The notes below the pieces were generated by a model. The model saw only the letters and a list, made by a program, of their open reading frames with translations, did not search any database and was not told the origin of the DNA. A program made the position numbers and the translations under genes. DNA of 64,000 bases from Candidatus Woesearchaeota archaeon (GTDB taxonomy: Archaea > Nanobdellota > Nanobdellia > Pacearchaeales > GW2011-AR1), in assembly GCA_964385425.1 (NCBI GenBank), contig CAYLOQ010000001.1, positions 86,602 to 150,601 of the forward strand, in the 5' to 3' direction. Positions 48,383 to 59,614 of this stretch are shown piece by piece (positions within the stretch are counted from its first letter, which is position 1; the number at the start of each line of letters is the position of its first letter).

Positions 48383-50677
48383 TTATCCTAAGTAAGAACT
48401 CTCCATAGGAACAGCAGCCTTTGCAGATCTGATGAAACTATCCTCTATTTTCTTATAAACTTCTAAAGTTGGTTTGCTCACGCTTGGTTTAATTTTTCTC
48501 AAGGCTTCGTTGAAATGTTTCTTCTTCACCTGCTTCGCTTCTTTTGACTCTCTCAGTGCGAGCATTGCAGCTTCCCTGGTCAGGGCTTCTATGTCAGCTC
48601 CTGTGTAACCTATCGTCTTCTTTGAAATATCTTTAATGTCAACATCTCTTGAAAGAGGCATATTTTTTGTATGGATTTTCAAGATTCCCAGCCTACCCTC
48701 TTCTTCAGGAGAAGCAACCAATAAGATTTTATCAAATCTTCCAGGCCTTAATAATCCTGAATCAAGCATGTCTGGTCTGTTTGTAGCACCGATCACAAGA
48801 ACGTCATTTAAATCTTCGAGTCCATCCATTTCAGCCAGCATTTGATTTAAAACACGATCAGTAACTTTTGTTCCTGTTTCTATTCCCCTCTTACCTGCAA
48901 GTGCATCTATCTCATCAAAAAATATAATACAAGGGGAAACCTGCCGGGCTCTTTCAAAAACTTTTCTCATTCCTTCCTCTGACTTACCAACCCACATGCT
49001 CAACAATGACGGTCCCTTAACCTGTATAAAATTAGCTTCAGATTCTTTTGCGACTGCTTTTGCTAAAAGAGTTTTCCCTGTTCCTGGTGGACCATACAAC
49101 AAGATTCCACGAGACGGCCTTATTCCCATCCTCTCAAAAGTTTCAGGGAATTTCAAAGGCCATTCCACAGCCTCCCTAAGCTCTTCCTTGATCTTATCAA
49201 GTCCCCCAATATTTTCCCAACCAACCGAAGGGGTTTCTACAAGAACTTCCCTCATAGCAGAAGGTCTAACAGTTTTAAGAGCATCCATAAAATCGTTCTG
49301 TCTAACTATTAATTTTTCCAAAATCTCTGGAGGAATCTGCTCTTCCGCATCTAAGTTCATTTTGGGAAGAAATTTTCTCAAAACATTCATGGCAGCTTCC
49401 TTAGAAAGAGCTTCTAAATCTGCACCAACAAAACCATGAGTTACAGAAGCTATCTCTTCCAAGTTGACACTCTTAACTAAAGGCATTCCTCTTGTATGAA
49501 TTTTTAATACAGACAGTCTTCCCTTTTTACTCGGAACATTAATTTCTATTTCTCTGTCAAACCTCCCTGGTCTTCTCAGAGCAGGATCAATAGCATTTAC
49601 TCTGTTTGTAGCGCCAATTACTACTACCTTACCCCTTGATTTAAGACCATCCATCATAGTCAATATCTGGCTGACAACACGCCTCTCTACTTCCCCTGTT
49701 ACTTCTTCTCTCTTAGGAGCTATGGCATCTAACTCATCAATAAAAACAATTGAAGGGGCTGTTTTTTCAGCTTCTTCGAAAATATCTCTTATTTTTTTCT
49801 CAGATTCTCCATAGAATTTTGACATTACCTCAGGACCGTTCAATAAGATAAAATTAGCTTCTGATTCATTCGCAACTGCTTTTGCGAGCAACGTCTTTCC
49901 CGTACCTGGTGGACCATGAAGTAAAACCCCTTTTGGTGGCTCTATTCCCAACTTTTGAAAAATCTCTGGATGTTTTAAGGGGATTTCTACCATCTCTCTT
50001 ATTTTTTTAATCTCTTCAGAGAGTCCTCCTATGTCTTCATAGGTAATTTCAGGTATACTCTCTTCACTTATCTCAACTGCCTTAGGATTTAAAGAAACTT
50101 CTGTATTTTCTGTTATAATGATTGGCTGGTTTGGACTTGTATTAACTACTAAAAATCTAATTTGGGTAAAACTACCACCCAACTGCCCAAAGCCCATATT
50201 TCCAAGCATGTCACCCAACATGTCTCCAAACTCCCCGCCTAACTCGTCTGACAATAAATCCTTTCTTCTCTGAACTCCTCCAAGAACAACCAGATCACCC
50301 TTAACAACTGCCCTTCCTAACAAACCTCTTCTCAGACCCTCTGGATCTCCTTGAACCATTATTCCCTTTTGTGCAGGTGCTATGATTATTTTTTTAGCCT
50401 CTCTAACTTCTGATTTAAAAACATCCACAACCTCACCTATTCCTGTCTTCGCGTTTCTCCTTAATATACCATCAATCCTTATTATACCTTCTCCGACATC
50501 TGCAGGATAAGCCCTGTCTGCAATCGCAACTGTCTCCCTATTACCTTTAATTACTATAACATCTCCCCTCCTAATTCCAAGATCCCTCATTATCTCTGAG
50601 TCTATCCTAGCTATTCCCTTATACGCATCGTCTTGCTGCGCTTCCACAACCTTTAATTTAACTTCATTTTTAGTCAT
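48383..50677 (-). CDS. cdc48: CDC48/VCP AAA+ ATPase
   Basis: N-domain plus two AAA modules (GPPGTGKT twice, RPGRFD twice); HbYX-like end YLG. Confidence 0.97.
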   Translation of the reverse strand: MTKNEVKLKVVEAQQDDAYKGIARIDSEIMRDLGIRRGDVIVIKGNRETVAIADRAYPADVGEGIIRIDGILRRNAKTGIGEVVDVFKSEVREAKKIIIAPAQKGIMVQGDPEGLRRGLLGRAVVKGDLVVLGGVQRRKDLLSDELGGEFGDMLGDMLGNMGFGQLGGSFTQIRFLVVNTSPNQPIIITENTEVSLNPKAVEISEESIPEITYEDIGGLSEEIKKIREMVEIPLKHPEIFQKLGIEPPKGVLLHGPPGTGKTLLAKAVANESEANFILLNGPEVMSKFYGESEKKIRDIFEEAEKTAPSIVFIDELDAIAPKREEVTGEVERRVVSQILTMMDGLKSRGKVVVIGATNRVNAIDPALRRPGRFDREIEINVPSKKGRLSVLKIHTRGMPLVKSVNLEEIASVTHGFVGADLEALSKEAAMNVLRKFLPKMNLDAEEQIPPEILEKLIVRQNDFMDALKTVRPSAMREVLVETPSVGWENIGGLDKIKEELREAVEWPLKFPETFERMGIRPSRGILLYGPPGTGKTLLAKAVAKESEANFIQVKGPSLLSMWVGKSEEGMRKVFERARQVSPCIIFFDEIDALAGKRGIETGTKVTDRVLNQMLAEMDGLEDLNDVLVIGATNRPDMLDSGLLRPGRFDKILLVASPEEEGRLGILKIHTKNMPLSRDVDIKDISKKTIGYTGADIEALTREAAMLALRESKEAKQVKKKHFNEALRKIKPSVSKPTLEVYKKIEDSFIRSAKAAVPMESSYLG

Positions 50678-51027
50678 CTTCTTCTCCCGAGTTCATAAAA
50701 ACTTAAGGACAACCTTCCTGCTTCTTCGAAACATAATCTAACCATATCATCCATTACCTTCTCTTGTTCCTTGATAAAAGATACTATCTCTTTAGGAATT
50801 GAAACAGTGTAACTATTCCCAACAAGTCTCATTTTTACTTTAAATTCTTTATTTTTTAGGTTAATAAACCTGTTGTATTCTTCTGCATCAACAGGGTGAA
50901 CAGACCTTCCGTTACAATCCGGGCACACTACTGTCCTTAAAAAAAATCCATTTTTAACAATTTCTTTTTTCTGCATCTCAGTACTGCAATCTTTACAGAG
51001 AATGGTATTGTCAAACATATCTGTCAT
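50674..51027 (-). CDS. Zn-ribbon plus AbrB/SpoVT-like DNA-binding protein
   Basis: CKDC...CPDC then KMRLVGNSYTVSIPKEI; ATGA overlap with cdc48. Confidence 0.75.
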   Translation of the reverse strand: MTDMFDNTILCKDCSTEMQKKEIVKNGFFLRTVVCPDCNGRSVHPVDAEEYNRFINLKNKEFKVKMRLVGNSYTVSIPKEIVSFIKEQEKVMDDMVRLCFEEAGRLSLSFYELGRRR

Positions 51028-51088
51028 TTTATGTATACTTCTTGTGTATACTTAAAATATATACCATTTATAAAGATTTTGGTGGATC

Positions 51089-51535
51089 TTACTTTGTGTA
51101 AGATTTGTTAAGATATAAAAACTCTCTCCATAAGTCAGCAAAAAAAGCCCCAAATCCTTGTCTTCTAAGAATAGTAAATGGGCTCGGGTCAGATTCGAAA
51201 GCAAAAGGGGATTCTCTTGAACCATCAATAGGATATGTATCAAAAAAAGAGCTTTCTTGATCAGTTAGCGGAGCTCTATTAAACCAATCCTGACGATTCA
51301 TTCGTCTCTCTCTGTCCAAGGTAGAACCTGTATAACAAGGAGGGCATTTGTCTCCTCCTTCATCCATATATCTTAGATAAGCACTCAAAACTATTCCATT
51401 AATTCCGGCTATTGCTATTTGTCTCCCACATGAGATGCAATCATAAGGCACCATTCCCCTTGGTGTCTCACGAGAGATCCCCGTGTTCTCTGGTTCTCCA
51501 TCAGTTACCTTAATTAGACTTAAGGTCATATTCAT
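51089..51535 (-). CDS. Hypothetical protein with two CxxC motifs
   Basis: CISC...CPPC; start uncertain. Confidence 0.5.
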   Translation of the reverse strand: MNMTLSLIKVTDGEPENTGISRETPRGMVPYDCISCGRQIAIAGINGIVLSAYLRYMDEGGDKCPPCYTGSTLDRERRMNRQDWFNRAPLTDQESSFFDTYPIDGSRESPFAFESDPSPFTILRRQGFGAFFADLWREFLYLNKSYTK

Positions 51536-51606
51536 GAAACCGTCTTTTTCTTTATAATGTTTTCTATTGCATAAATCTTTAAAAAATAGCTTTTTTAAGA
51601 TAATCA

Positions 51607-52607
51607 ATGGAACCAGAAGAAACTTACACTGCAGACTCGGGAAGAAGATATAAGATTATCAAAAAGATTACTCCAAAAGTTTTCACTACAATATCTCTAG
51701 ACGAAGAAGATCAACCCACGAGGGTTCTTAAAAAATTCAGAAAGAAGAATAATGGGGAAGTCGAATTTGAAGAAGAAAGAAAAATATTGACTCAATTAAA
51801 TCAAACTAACGGCGGAACAGGTTATCCAGGGGTTATAACCCTATATGACAGCGGTGAGAAAGATTTCTTTCTGATACTAGAATACAGTGGGGAGGAACAT
51901 TAAGGAACATCATTGATGAAAGGGGTAGACTTGAGCTATCTAAGGGGGTTGCTGTAATAAAATCCATGTCAGAAACGTCGGCAGATATTTTTGAAATTTT
52001 TGAAGATGGGGGAATTGTCCACAGAGACGTCAAACCAGAAAACACACTTTTATCAAAAAGTGCTAGGAATTGTTTGAATAATGATCAACCAGAATCAGGA
52101 AAATGTTTAGAAGAGATTTCCAAAGAAGGTGCCATAAAATTCTGTGATTTTTCTCTTTCCTTAAGATACAATAAAGCCACAGGAGAATATGAATCAAAAG
52201 TCCATGATAGAACTAAAGCAGGATATTTTGTTGGATCGTTACAATATTGCGCACCCGAGATAATAGAAATGGTAAGAGGAGATGAAAGGTCTGATATATG
52301 GGCTTTGGGAGTTGTTGCCTATGAGTTGTTAGTTGAAGGGGGTGCATTTCCTGGTGTTAGATCACCAAAAGATATGTATGATGCCCTTATAACATTTGAC
52401 TGTCCAAGAAAAATAGAAAGGAAGCTTCATGGATTTGAAGAAATTCTGTATGGTCTGTTACAGAGAAATCCTGATGACAGGCTAACGGCGAGACAAGTCC
52501 ATGACGCCTCTTCTGATTTTGAAGAAAAATTAAAACAAGGTACAATAACAGAAGAGCCTGAGCAAGGAATACTAAATTTTGTAAGAAGGATGTTTGTTAG
52601 AAGCTAA
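51607..52607 (+). pseudogene. Hanks-type Ser/Thr protein kinase split by a 1-nt frameshift
   Basis: VLKK, EEERKIL, ILEY in ORF1; HRDVKPEN, CDFS, YCAPE, SDIWALG, RLTA in ORF2; adding one base at 51889-51892 gives LEYSGGGTLRNII. Confidence 0.8.
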
Positions 52608-52643
52608 CAAAACATTTTAAAAAGCCAGAAGGTTAAGTTTCCT

Positions 52644-53273
52644 ATGAATTTAAAGGGTGATTTTAAAAAACTTTGGAAGAAGTTCTGGTTTTTGCTATGG
52701 AAAGATGATAGCTGGAAAGGATGGATTTTCTCAATAATCTTCCTATTTGTTTTTATAAAATTCCTATTTTTCCCTGCTCTAAGTTTGGTAACAGGAACAT
52801 CTCTGCCTTTAGCAATAGTAGAATCCTGTAGCATGTATCACAAGGGAAATCTTTTCTCTGATTTTGATGCCTGGTGGGAAGACCACGAGTCTAAGTATTC
52901 AGAATTCACGATAAATAAATTAGATTTTCAAGATTTTAAATTAAAAAATGGGTTCAATAAAGGAGATATCTTATTCATAATAAAAGCAGACCCAGAAAAG
53001 TTAAAAGTGGGGGATGTAATAATTTTTGAAGCGGGAACGGAGCACCCTGTGATTCATAGAATTGTTAAAATAAGCGAAACAGATGGCAGCAGAATTTTTT
53101 CCACTATGGGAGATAATGTGGGTAATGTCCAGAGCTTTGAAGAAGAAATAACCCAAGATCGGTTGATTGGAAAAGCTGTCATTAAGGCCGTCCCTTATAT
53201 GGGTTGGATAAAACTAGCTCTTTACGAATGGAAAAAACCAGAATCAAAAAGAGGGTTATGCAACGAGAGATAG
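52644..53273 (+). CDS. Signal peptidase I (S26B/Sec11-like)
   Basis: IVESCSMYH, KGDILF, VGDVIIF, PVIHRIV, TMGDN. Confidence 0.88.
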   Translation: MNLKGDFKKLWKKFWFLLWKDDSWKGWIFSIIFLFVFIKFLFFPALSLVTGTSLPLAIVESCSMYHKGNLFSDFDAWWEDHESKYSEFTINKLDFQDFKLKNGFNKGDILFIIKADPEKLKVGDVIIFEAGTEHPVIHRIVKISETDGSRIFSTMGDNVGNVQSFEEEITQDRLIGKAVIKAVPYMGWIKLALYEWKKPESKRGLCNER

Positions 53274-53308
53274 GAAAAGTTTTTAAAGAGCATTAGATAA
53301 AAACTAAG

Positions 53309-53617
53309 ATGGAATTTTGTCCGCGGTGTGGTGCAGTTCTAATTCAAAAGAGAAAAAAAGACGGTTGTCCTAGATGTTCTTATTCTACAAAAGGCAAGAT
53401 AAAAATAAAGACTTCTGAAAAAATGGATGAAAAAAAGAAAGTTGCTGTTATATCTGAAAAAGACACAGAGATCAATCCCATAATTGAACAAGAATGTAAG
53501 GACTGTGGGAACAAGAAGGCATATTTCTGGACCCTTCAAACTAGAGCAAGTGACGAAGCTGAAACAAAATTCTTCAAGTGCACAAAGTGTGAGCATACTT
53601 GGAGAGAGTATAGATAA
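53309..53617 (+). CDS. tfs: Transcription factor S
   Basis: FCPRCG...CPRC; CKDCG...QTRASDEAET.FFKCTKC.HTWR. Confidence 0.96.
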   Translation: MEFCPRCGAVLIQKRKKDGCPRCSYSTKGKIKIKTSEKMDEKKKVAVISEKDTEINPIIEQECKDCGNKKAYFWTLQTRASDEAETKFFKCTKCEHTWREYR

Positions 53618-53673
53618 AGTTTTAGAAATTATATTTACTAACCTTTAAATAATAAATACTTCTTAATTAGTTT

Positions 53674-54471
53674 ATGAAGAAAAAGAAACCTGACCTGTGG
53701 TGGAGAATGAGGGGTTTAGGCGAAATGGAAACGCGTTTTGGAAAAAACAAACCTATTGAGAGATTCATCAAGAAAAGGTTGAAATCAAAAAAGGTTGTGC
53801 GTGTTCTTGAATTTGGTTTTGGCGAAGGAAGGTGTCTTCTGGATATAAGGACAATCTTCCCAGAAAAACAGGTTGAATTATACGGTATTAATGATAAAAA
53901 AGAAGGAAAAATACATAAGAGAAAAGATTTTGTAACTAATGCAAAAAAATTTGGATTAACTGTTCCCATAACAACTCTTCTTCCTAAACCATTTTTTTAT
54001 GATGCGGGAAAAGGATTAAAATTTAAATCAAATTATTTCGATATAATAATTAGTCAGGTGGCTTTTCCTTATGTGGATGACAAAGCTAAACTTCTTGAAA
54101 ATTTTTGGAGAGTACTTAAACCTGGAGGAAAGGCTTTTTTGCATATTGATTCTTATGAAGAATCTTTTCCTGATTTCCTTCAAATAAATAAAGAAACACC
54201 AAGATTTAATATTTATAATAACAAAAAATTGATAAAATTGGGTGTATACCTGAACAAGTTTAGAAAAAAAGGATTTGATGTTAAGCTTAAAAAAGAAAGA
54301 AAAGGAAAAATTGAATATAGGACTCTTATAATGAATAAGAATACGACAAAGCCCCTTAAATTTGGTCTTAAATATGATGATGATTCATCATTTGATCTTT
54401 ATAGGTTTATTCACGAAAAAAAGGTGCGAAATGTTTGGTGGGGAATACGTAGCGTTTTTAAGACTAAATGA
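53674..54471 (+). CDS. Class I SAM-dependent methyltransferase
   Basis: VLEFGFGEG, FDIIISQ, RVLKPGG. Confidence 0.85.
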   Translation: MKKKKPDLWWRMRGLGEMETRFGKNKPIERFIKKRLKSKKVVRVLEFGFGEGRCLLDIRTIFPEKQVELYGINDKKEGKIHKRKDFVTNAKKFGLTVPITTLLPKPFFYDAGKGLKFKSNYFDIIISQVAFPYVDDKAKLLENFWRVLKPGGKAFLHIDSYEESFPDFLQINKETPRFNIYNNKKLIKLGVYLNKFRKKGFDVKLKKERKGKIEYRTLIMNKNTTKPLKFGLKYDDDSSFDLYRFIHEKKVRNVWWGIRSVFKTK

Positions 54472-54563
54472 TCAAGTGTTCAATTAATTTTAAGCATACT
54501 TAAAAGAATACTCAGCGTTAATATAGATAAAGTTTTTTAAAGTTCTTCTAAATTATTTAATCA

Positions 54564-54677
54564 GGCTCCGTAGCTCAGCTTGGTCAGAGCACCAGACTCT
54601 TAGCAGAACCGAGGTTCCGCACCTCCTATTAATTGAGAGATATCTGGGTGTCGAGGGTTCAAATCCCTCCGGGGCCA
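54564..54677 (+). tRNA. tRNA-Lys(CTT) with 39-nt intron at 37/38 (54603-54641)
   Basis: GGCTCCG/CGGGGCC acceptor; CCAGA/TCTGG anticodon stem; BHB helix CTCT/AGAG with bulges TAG and ATA. Confidence 0.93.
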
Positions 54678-54788
54678 TTGAACTGTTTCGTTCACAAAAG
54701 AGGGGAATACGATTTGTGTCTTTCAGCGTAGGCACTTTGAGTGAGTTTGAGAGTTAATTTTATATAATCCATCATCATAATAGAAAAT

Positions 54789-55361
54789 ATGATTCAAATA
54801 CTTCTCACAGCATTGATGTTGGTGTTCGCTCCAATCCCTTGGATTGTAACTACAATACACATACTCATAGAAAACAACAAGTGGCGCGCGAGTCGTGTAA
54901 AAATCCTTATGTGGATAGTCTCAATCGCAGTGTGGGCGATTCTCGCATTATGGCTTAAATCCAACTATCAAATTTTATTTGAACGACAATTTTCAACATC
55001 AATTTCGATATTCTTTGGAATTGCCCTCTTGCTTATCGCCGTTGTAATCGAAATAGCCACCACACAAGCTCTCGGTAGAAAGCGTATTCTTGGGAGCAGT
55101 GAATTTAAAAAAGCTCAAGACAAACTGATTACGACTGGAATTTACAAATATGCGCGCCATCCTAGATATGTTGAACACCCTTTGTGGTTTGTGGGATTGG
55201 GATTCATACTTGGATATACATCATTGCTTTGGTTTGCTCTTTACCTATTCCTTGCATTCGTAATAACAGCAAACTTCGAAGAACAAGAGTTGGTAAAACG
55301 TTATGGTAAGGAATATTTGAAATATAAAAAGAAAACGCCTGCTTTCTTCTTGAGATTTTAG
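54789..55361 (+). CDS. ICMT/PEMT-family membrane methyltransferase
   Basis: LITTGIYKYARHPRY, EEQEL..RYG.EY..YKKKTP. Confidence 0.88.
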   Translation: MIQILLTALMLVFAPIPWIVTTIHILIENNKWRASRVKILMWIVSIAVWAILALWLKSNYQILFERQFSTSISIFFGIALLLIAVVIEIATTQALGRKRILGSSEFKKAQDKLITTGIYKYARHPRYVEHPLWFVGLGFILGYTSLLWFALYLFLAFVITANFEEQELVKRYGKEYLKYKKKTPAFFLRF

Positions 55362-55404
55362 CGTTTGTGATGGGCTTTTTGTGCAACTTTAGTTTTCTCA
55401 TGCT

Positions 55405-55641
55405 TTATTTTCGAGAAATATTCTTTAGATTCCTCGCCAAATTCACCCGCTTCTCAAGAACTCGTGTGACTTTTATTCTCTTCCTTCCCTTACTGGTGGG
55501 ATTTGTAATTGTGTCTCCTGGTTTTGCAGCAATAATTTTGTTGAGAAGCGATATAGGAATCTTATGCTCCTGTGAAATTCCGAGTTGTCTATGCAAAGTT
55601 CCTTTTTTCAGATGGATCTTCTGAATCCATTTAACCACCAT
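55405..55641 (-). CDS. Small basic protein (WIQK...GTLHRQLG...KIP motif)
   Basis: 78 aa, strongly basic, TATA-like element upstream. Confidence 0.7.
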   Translation of the reverse strand: MVVKWIQKIHLKKGTLHRQLGISQEHKIPISLLNKIIAAKPGDTITNPTSKGRKRIKVTRVLEKRVNLARNLKNISRK

Positions 55642-55718
55642 GAAAAGCATAATAAACTAAATCTTATAAATTTTTTGGAAAACAAAAAGTATAAAAATAT
55701 GTTTAATTTTTTATGTGA

Positions 55719-56165
55719 ATGAAAGGAAAAAGGGGTTCAACCAGTGAATGGTTTTTAGTTTTTTTGATAGCTGTGGTGGTTGGAGGGCTAGTTCTATTTA
55801 TTTCTTCAAATATTTTTTATAAAAAATCTGAAGTTTATACAAAAGAAGAGGTTAATAACTCGCTGGACAAGATATCTTGTGAATACTTACTTTTTGAAGA
55901 TACCAGTTATTTCGGACAAACCCCAAGAGCCATATGTGAGAGCATGGGAAAAGAACCAGAATTATTATTTATAAGAGAAGTTGTTCATGTCCTCTCTTCA
56001 GAAGGTTTTAATACATATGATGATGAGAACTACCTTGTAGATAACACATTATTCGATGTACCTTTAGGACTAGCCGAAGATTTAGAGAGATCTTACGGAA
56101 ACCCGAGCTTTGGGTATGGGGGTGATGTAAATAGAATATCAAAAGGACTACTTTGCTGCGGATAA
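55719..56165 (+). CDS. Membrane-anchored protein with possible class III signal peptide
   Basis: MKGKRG/STSEWFLVFLIAVVV. Confidence 0.6.
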   Translation: MKGKRGSTSEWFLVFLIAVVVGGLVLFISSNIFYKKSEVYTKEEVNNSLDKISCEYLLFEDTSYFGQTPRAICESMGKEPELLFIREVVHVLSSEGFNTYDDENYLVDNTLFDVPLGLAEDLERSYGNPSFGYGGDVNRISKGLLCCG

Positions 56166-56261
56166 TTAATAAACACAGGAAAGAAGAAGTCATAAATTTT
56201 TCTGAATAATAAACGCCATACTAAGTATTAAGAAAACGTACATTCAGGGGCGGTAGGAGAA

Positions 56262-56528
56262 TTATCTTATAAGTTTCTGGATATTCTCAATAGCGTCTGC
56301 AACTTCTCTTCCTTTCTTGGTCAGCCTTATAATTTTTATTCGCCCCTTTTTTTCAAAGCTAACCAATTTCAAAATTTCCAAAGTCTGCAGAATTTTCACT
56401 GCGTGGCTATAAGTACAATCTACTTCCTTAGCCAGTATACTACCATACCTCATCCTTGTGTTCTTCTTTAAGGAGACCAACATGAGTGCTGGCTTTCTCC
56501 TGAAAAAGATGTCAAAGTTATCTTTCAT
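56262..56528 (-). CDS. Winged-helix transcriptional regulator
   Basis: LAKEVDCTYSHAVKIL...KKGRIKIIRLTKKG. Confidence 0.85.
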   Translation of the reverse strand: MKDNFDIFFRRKPALMLVSLKKNTRMRYGSILAKEVDCTYSHAVKILQTLEILKLVSFEKKGRIKIIRLTKKGREVADAIENIQKLIR

Positions 56529-56634
56529 CTCGACATGTGTAGTTTAAAGTATATATCTGGATAGTGGCTTGCTTTTAAACCTTTCGCAAAACATATTTCA
56601 CAATATTTATTAAGCAATATACCCAATAAAAACC

Positions 56635-57249
56635 ATGAAAAAATCCAAAATAAAGATACTCGCAATAGGAGATATACACGGAGATACGAGGCTTGTTAAA
56701 AAACTGGCCAATAAAGCGAAAAGAGAACACGTGGATTTGGTGATCTTAGCAGGAGATATGACTTTTGCAGAACAATCCACAGATCAGCTCATAGGTCCTT
56801 TCATAAAAGAAGGGAAACAGGTTCTCTTAATACCTGGAAACCATGAATCTGTTGCAACAATAGATTTCTTGGCACAGATGTATCCTAACACTAAAAACAT
56901 TCATGGATATGGATTCAAAAAAAATAATGTTGGGGTTTTTGGAGCAGGAACCGCAAATATGGGAATACACCAGATCGGAGATGAAAATATCTTTAAACTA
57001 TTAAAAAGAGGGAACGAAGAAATAAAAGACGCAAGAAAAAAAGTAATGGTAACACACATACATCCAAGAGGGAGCAAGGCAGAAGTTTTTGGATTTCCGG
57101 GATCCAGAGCAGTGAGAAAAGCCATAGAAAAATTTCAACCAGATATATCGATAACTGCCCACATGCACGAGGCAGGTGGTCTGGAAGAAACCATTGGCTC
57201 CACAAGAGTGATCAATGTCAGCAAGAAAGCAAAGATTTTTGAGGTTTAA
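56635..57249 (+). CDS. Metallophosphoesterase
   Basis: GDIHG, AGD, PGNHE, TH, AHMHE. Confidence 0.92.
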   Translation: MKKSKIKILAIGDIHGDTRLVKKLANKAKREHVDLVILAGDMTFAEQSTDQLIGPFIKEGKQVLLIPGNHESVATIDFLAQMYPNTKNIHGYGFKKNNVGVFGAGTANMGIHQIGDENIFKLLKRGNEEIKDARKKVMVTHIHPRGSKAEVFGFPGSRAVRKAIEKFQPDISITAHMHEAGGLEETIGSTRVINVSKKAKIFEV

Positions 57250-57286
57250 CAAAAACCTATAAAAACTCTAATTCTTCCTCATAAGA

Positions 57287-59590
57287 ATGCCAAGAAAACA
57301 GAAAAAAACAAAAGAAGAGAAAATTGCAGAGAATTTTTTTCCTGTTGATCCTGAAAATATTAAGAGGATAATTGAAAAAAAATATAAAAAATCAGACAGG
57401 AAAATTTTAGAAAAAGTAGAAAAAGTTTCAAAAAGAAGATACAGGAGGAAAGGGACTGTTAAAAAAACCATAAAGAAAGAATATAAAATTCCTAAAATAA
57501 AATTAAAAAAAGATGGATATGAACTAATAATAACAGAGAAGCCGCAGGCTGCCCAAAAAATTGCTTCTGCCTTAGGAAAATCTATAAAAAAAACCGATAA
57601 AAGTGTTCCTTATTATGAGGTTGACAGAAAAGGAGAAAAAATAGTTGTTGCCTGTACCGTCGGGCATCTTTTCACACTAAGCCAAAAAAAAGCGCGTTCA
57701 GAAGTCCCTGTATTTGATATTGCCTGGGTTCCAAATTCTTTCGTAAGAAAAACAGACTTTAGTAAAAAATATCATGATGTCCTTTCAAAACTTGCTAAAG
57801 GGGCAGGTTCCATTACAGTTGCAACAGACTACGATGTAGAGGGAGAAGTCATAGGGTTAAACATAGTCAGATTTATCGCTGGACAACCTGATGCAGCTAG
57901 AATGAAGTTTTCTACCTTAACAGAAAAAGAACTAAACAAAGCCTATGAAGACAAATCACAAAATATTGATTGGGGACAAGCAATTGCAGGAGAAACGAGG
58001 CATTATTTGGATTGGTTTTATGGAATAAATTTATCAAGAGCGCTAATGAATGCCATAAAAACAACAGGCAACTTTCGTATAATGTCTATAGGACGTGTTC
58101 AGGGTCCTTCCTTAAATCTCATTGTAAAAAAAGAAAAAGAAATTCAAGCATTCAAACCAAAACCTTATTGGCAGGTTTTTATATCCCTAGAAAATCCTGA
58201 GCTAGAATTAATACATAACAAAGATATTTTTGACAAAGAGCAACTGAAAGAATTTGAAAATTTAATCGGCAAGACAGGAAAGGCAGAAACCAAAAAAACA
58301 CAGCAAAACCTTTCTCCGAATCCTCCTTTCAACCTTACAACATTACAAACAGAAGCATATAGGTTCTATGGAATAACTCCCTCGAGAACTCTTCAGATAG
58401 CACAATCCCTCTACCTCTCTGGATTGATTTCATATCCAAGAACCTCAAGCCAAAAACTTCCAATATCTATAAACTACGGAGAAATTTTAAAAAAACTCTG
58501 GAAGAAATACAAGGTAGAGACGCTGATTAAAAGAGAAAAACCTGTGGAAGGTCGTAAAAACGACCCTGCCCACCCCTCAATCTACCCCACAGGGGGCTTC
58601 GAATCAATAGGAAGTGCGGAACCCTTGGTTCTGCAAGGAGATGAGAAAAAAATTTATGATCTTATTGCCAGGCGTTTTCTCAGTCTTTTTTGTGAAGATG
58701 CTATAATTGATAATAAGATAGTAAAGGCAAAAGTTGATGGATTAACTTTCTCGGCTAAGGGTTCTAAAATAAGAAAAAAATCCTGGATTGATATTTACCC
58801 AACCAAGTTAAGAGAGAAGGACGTACCTGATGTAAACGGTGATTTTAGGATTGGTGATTCCAGAATAGAAGAAAAAGAAACCCAGCCTCCAAGACGTTTT
58901 TCTCCCGCATCAATTTTATCTGAACTTGAAAGAAGAAATCTCGGGACAAAGGCCACTCGTGCTTCCATTCTTGAAACACTTTACAGTAGGAATTATGTAA
59001 AAGACCAGAGTATCAAAGCAACCCCCCTTGGAATGTCCCTAATTAAAACACTGGAAAAACATTCTCCAATAATAATTGACGAAGCCCTAACAAGGGAATT
59101 TGAAAAAGACATGGAATCTATCCGACAGGCAAAAAGGAATTATCTAGAGAAGGAGGAAAAAACAATTGAAAAGGCCAAGGACACTTTAAGAAAAATCTCA
59201 ACACAGTTCAATTCCAGGATTAATGAAATTGGAAAAGAACTTTTGGATGCCAATGTGAAGCTTAGGGAGCAGCAAAGAGAAGAGAATAAACTCAATCTGT
59301 GTCCTTTGTGTAAAAAAGGGCATCTTGGAATAATGTATTCAAAAAAAACTAGAAGATATTTTGTGGCGTGCAACAGTTTTCCTGCCTGCAAAAACACCTA
59401 CTCCCTACCTCCAAACGGGCTGATAAAAAAGGCTGAAAAAGCCTGTGAGAAATGTGGCTTTCCAAAACTTATGAGAATTTCAAAGGGAAAGAGGCCATGG
59501 ATATTTTGCTTCAATCCTTCGTGTATCGTGAATAAGGAGAGAATTGAGGCTTATAGGAAGAAAAAGGAAATGGAGAACAATAATAGTTAA
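57287..59590 (+). CDS. topA: DNA topoisomerase IA
   Basis: ITEKP, GHL, ATDYDVEGE, GRVQ, ISYPRT, AHP.I.PT, LGTKATR, C-terminal Zn ribbons. Confidence 0.96.
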   Translation: MPRKQKKTKEEKIAENFFPVDPENIKRIIEKKYKKSDRKILEKVEKVSKRRYRRKGTVKKTIKKEYKIPKIKLKKDGYELIITEKPQAAQKIASALGKSIKKTDKSVPYYEVDRKGEKIVVACTVGHLFTLSQKKARSEVPVFDIAWVPNSFVRKTDFSKKYHDVLSKLAKGAGSITVATDYDVEGEVIGLNIVRFIAGQPDAARMKFSTLTEKELNKAYEDKSQNIDWGQAIAGETRHYLDWFYGINLSRALMNAIKTTGNFRIMSIGRVQGPSLNLIVKKEKEIQAFKPKPYWQVFISLENPELELIHNKDIFDKEQLKEFENLIGKTGKAETKKTQQNLSPNPPFNLTTLQTEAYRFYGITPSRTLQIAQSLYLSGLISYPRTSSQKLPISINYGEILKKLWKKYKVETLIKREKPVEGRKNDPAHPSIYPTGGFESIGSAEPLVLQGDEKKIYDLIARRFLSLFCEDAIIDNKIVKAKVDGLTFSAKGSKIRKKSWIDIYPTKLREKDVPDVNGDFRIGDSRIEEKETQPPRRFSPASILSELERRNLGTKATRASILETLYSRNYVKDQSIKATPLGMSLIKTLEKHSPIIIDEALTREFEKDMESIRQAKRNYLEKEEKTIEKAKDTLRKISTQFNSRINEIGKELLDANVKLREQQREENKLNLCPLCKKGHLGIMYSKKTRRYFVACNSFPACKNTYSLPPNGLIKKAEKACEKCGFPKLMRISKGKRPWIFCFNPSCIVNKERIEAYRKKKEMENNNS

Positions 59591-59614
59591 AAAGTATTAA
59601 AATATGGTTTCTTT

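Noticed and set aside
54553..54735. 60-aa minus-strand ORF
   Set aside because: Antisense to tRNA-Lys.
54660..56260. att duplication of the tRNA-Lys 3' end
   Set aside because: No convincing copy found downstream.
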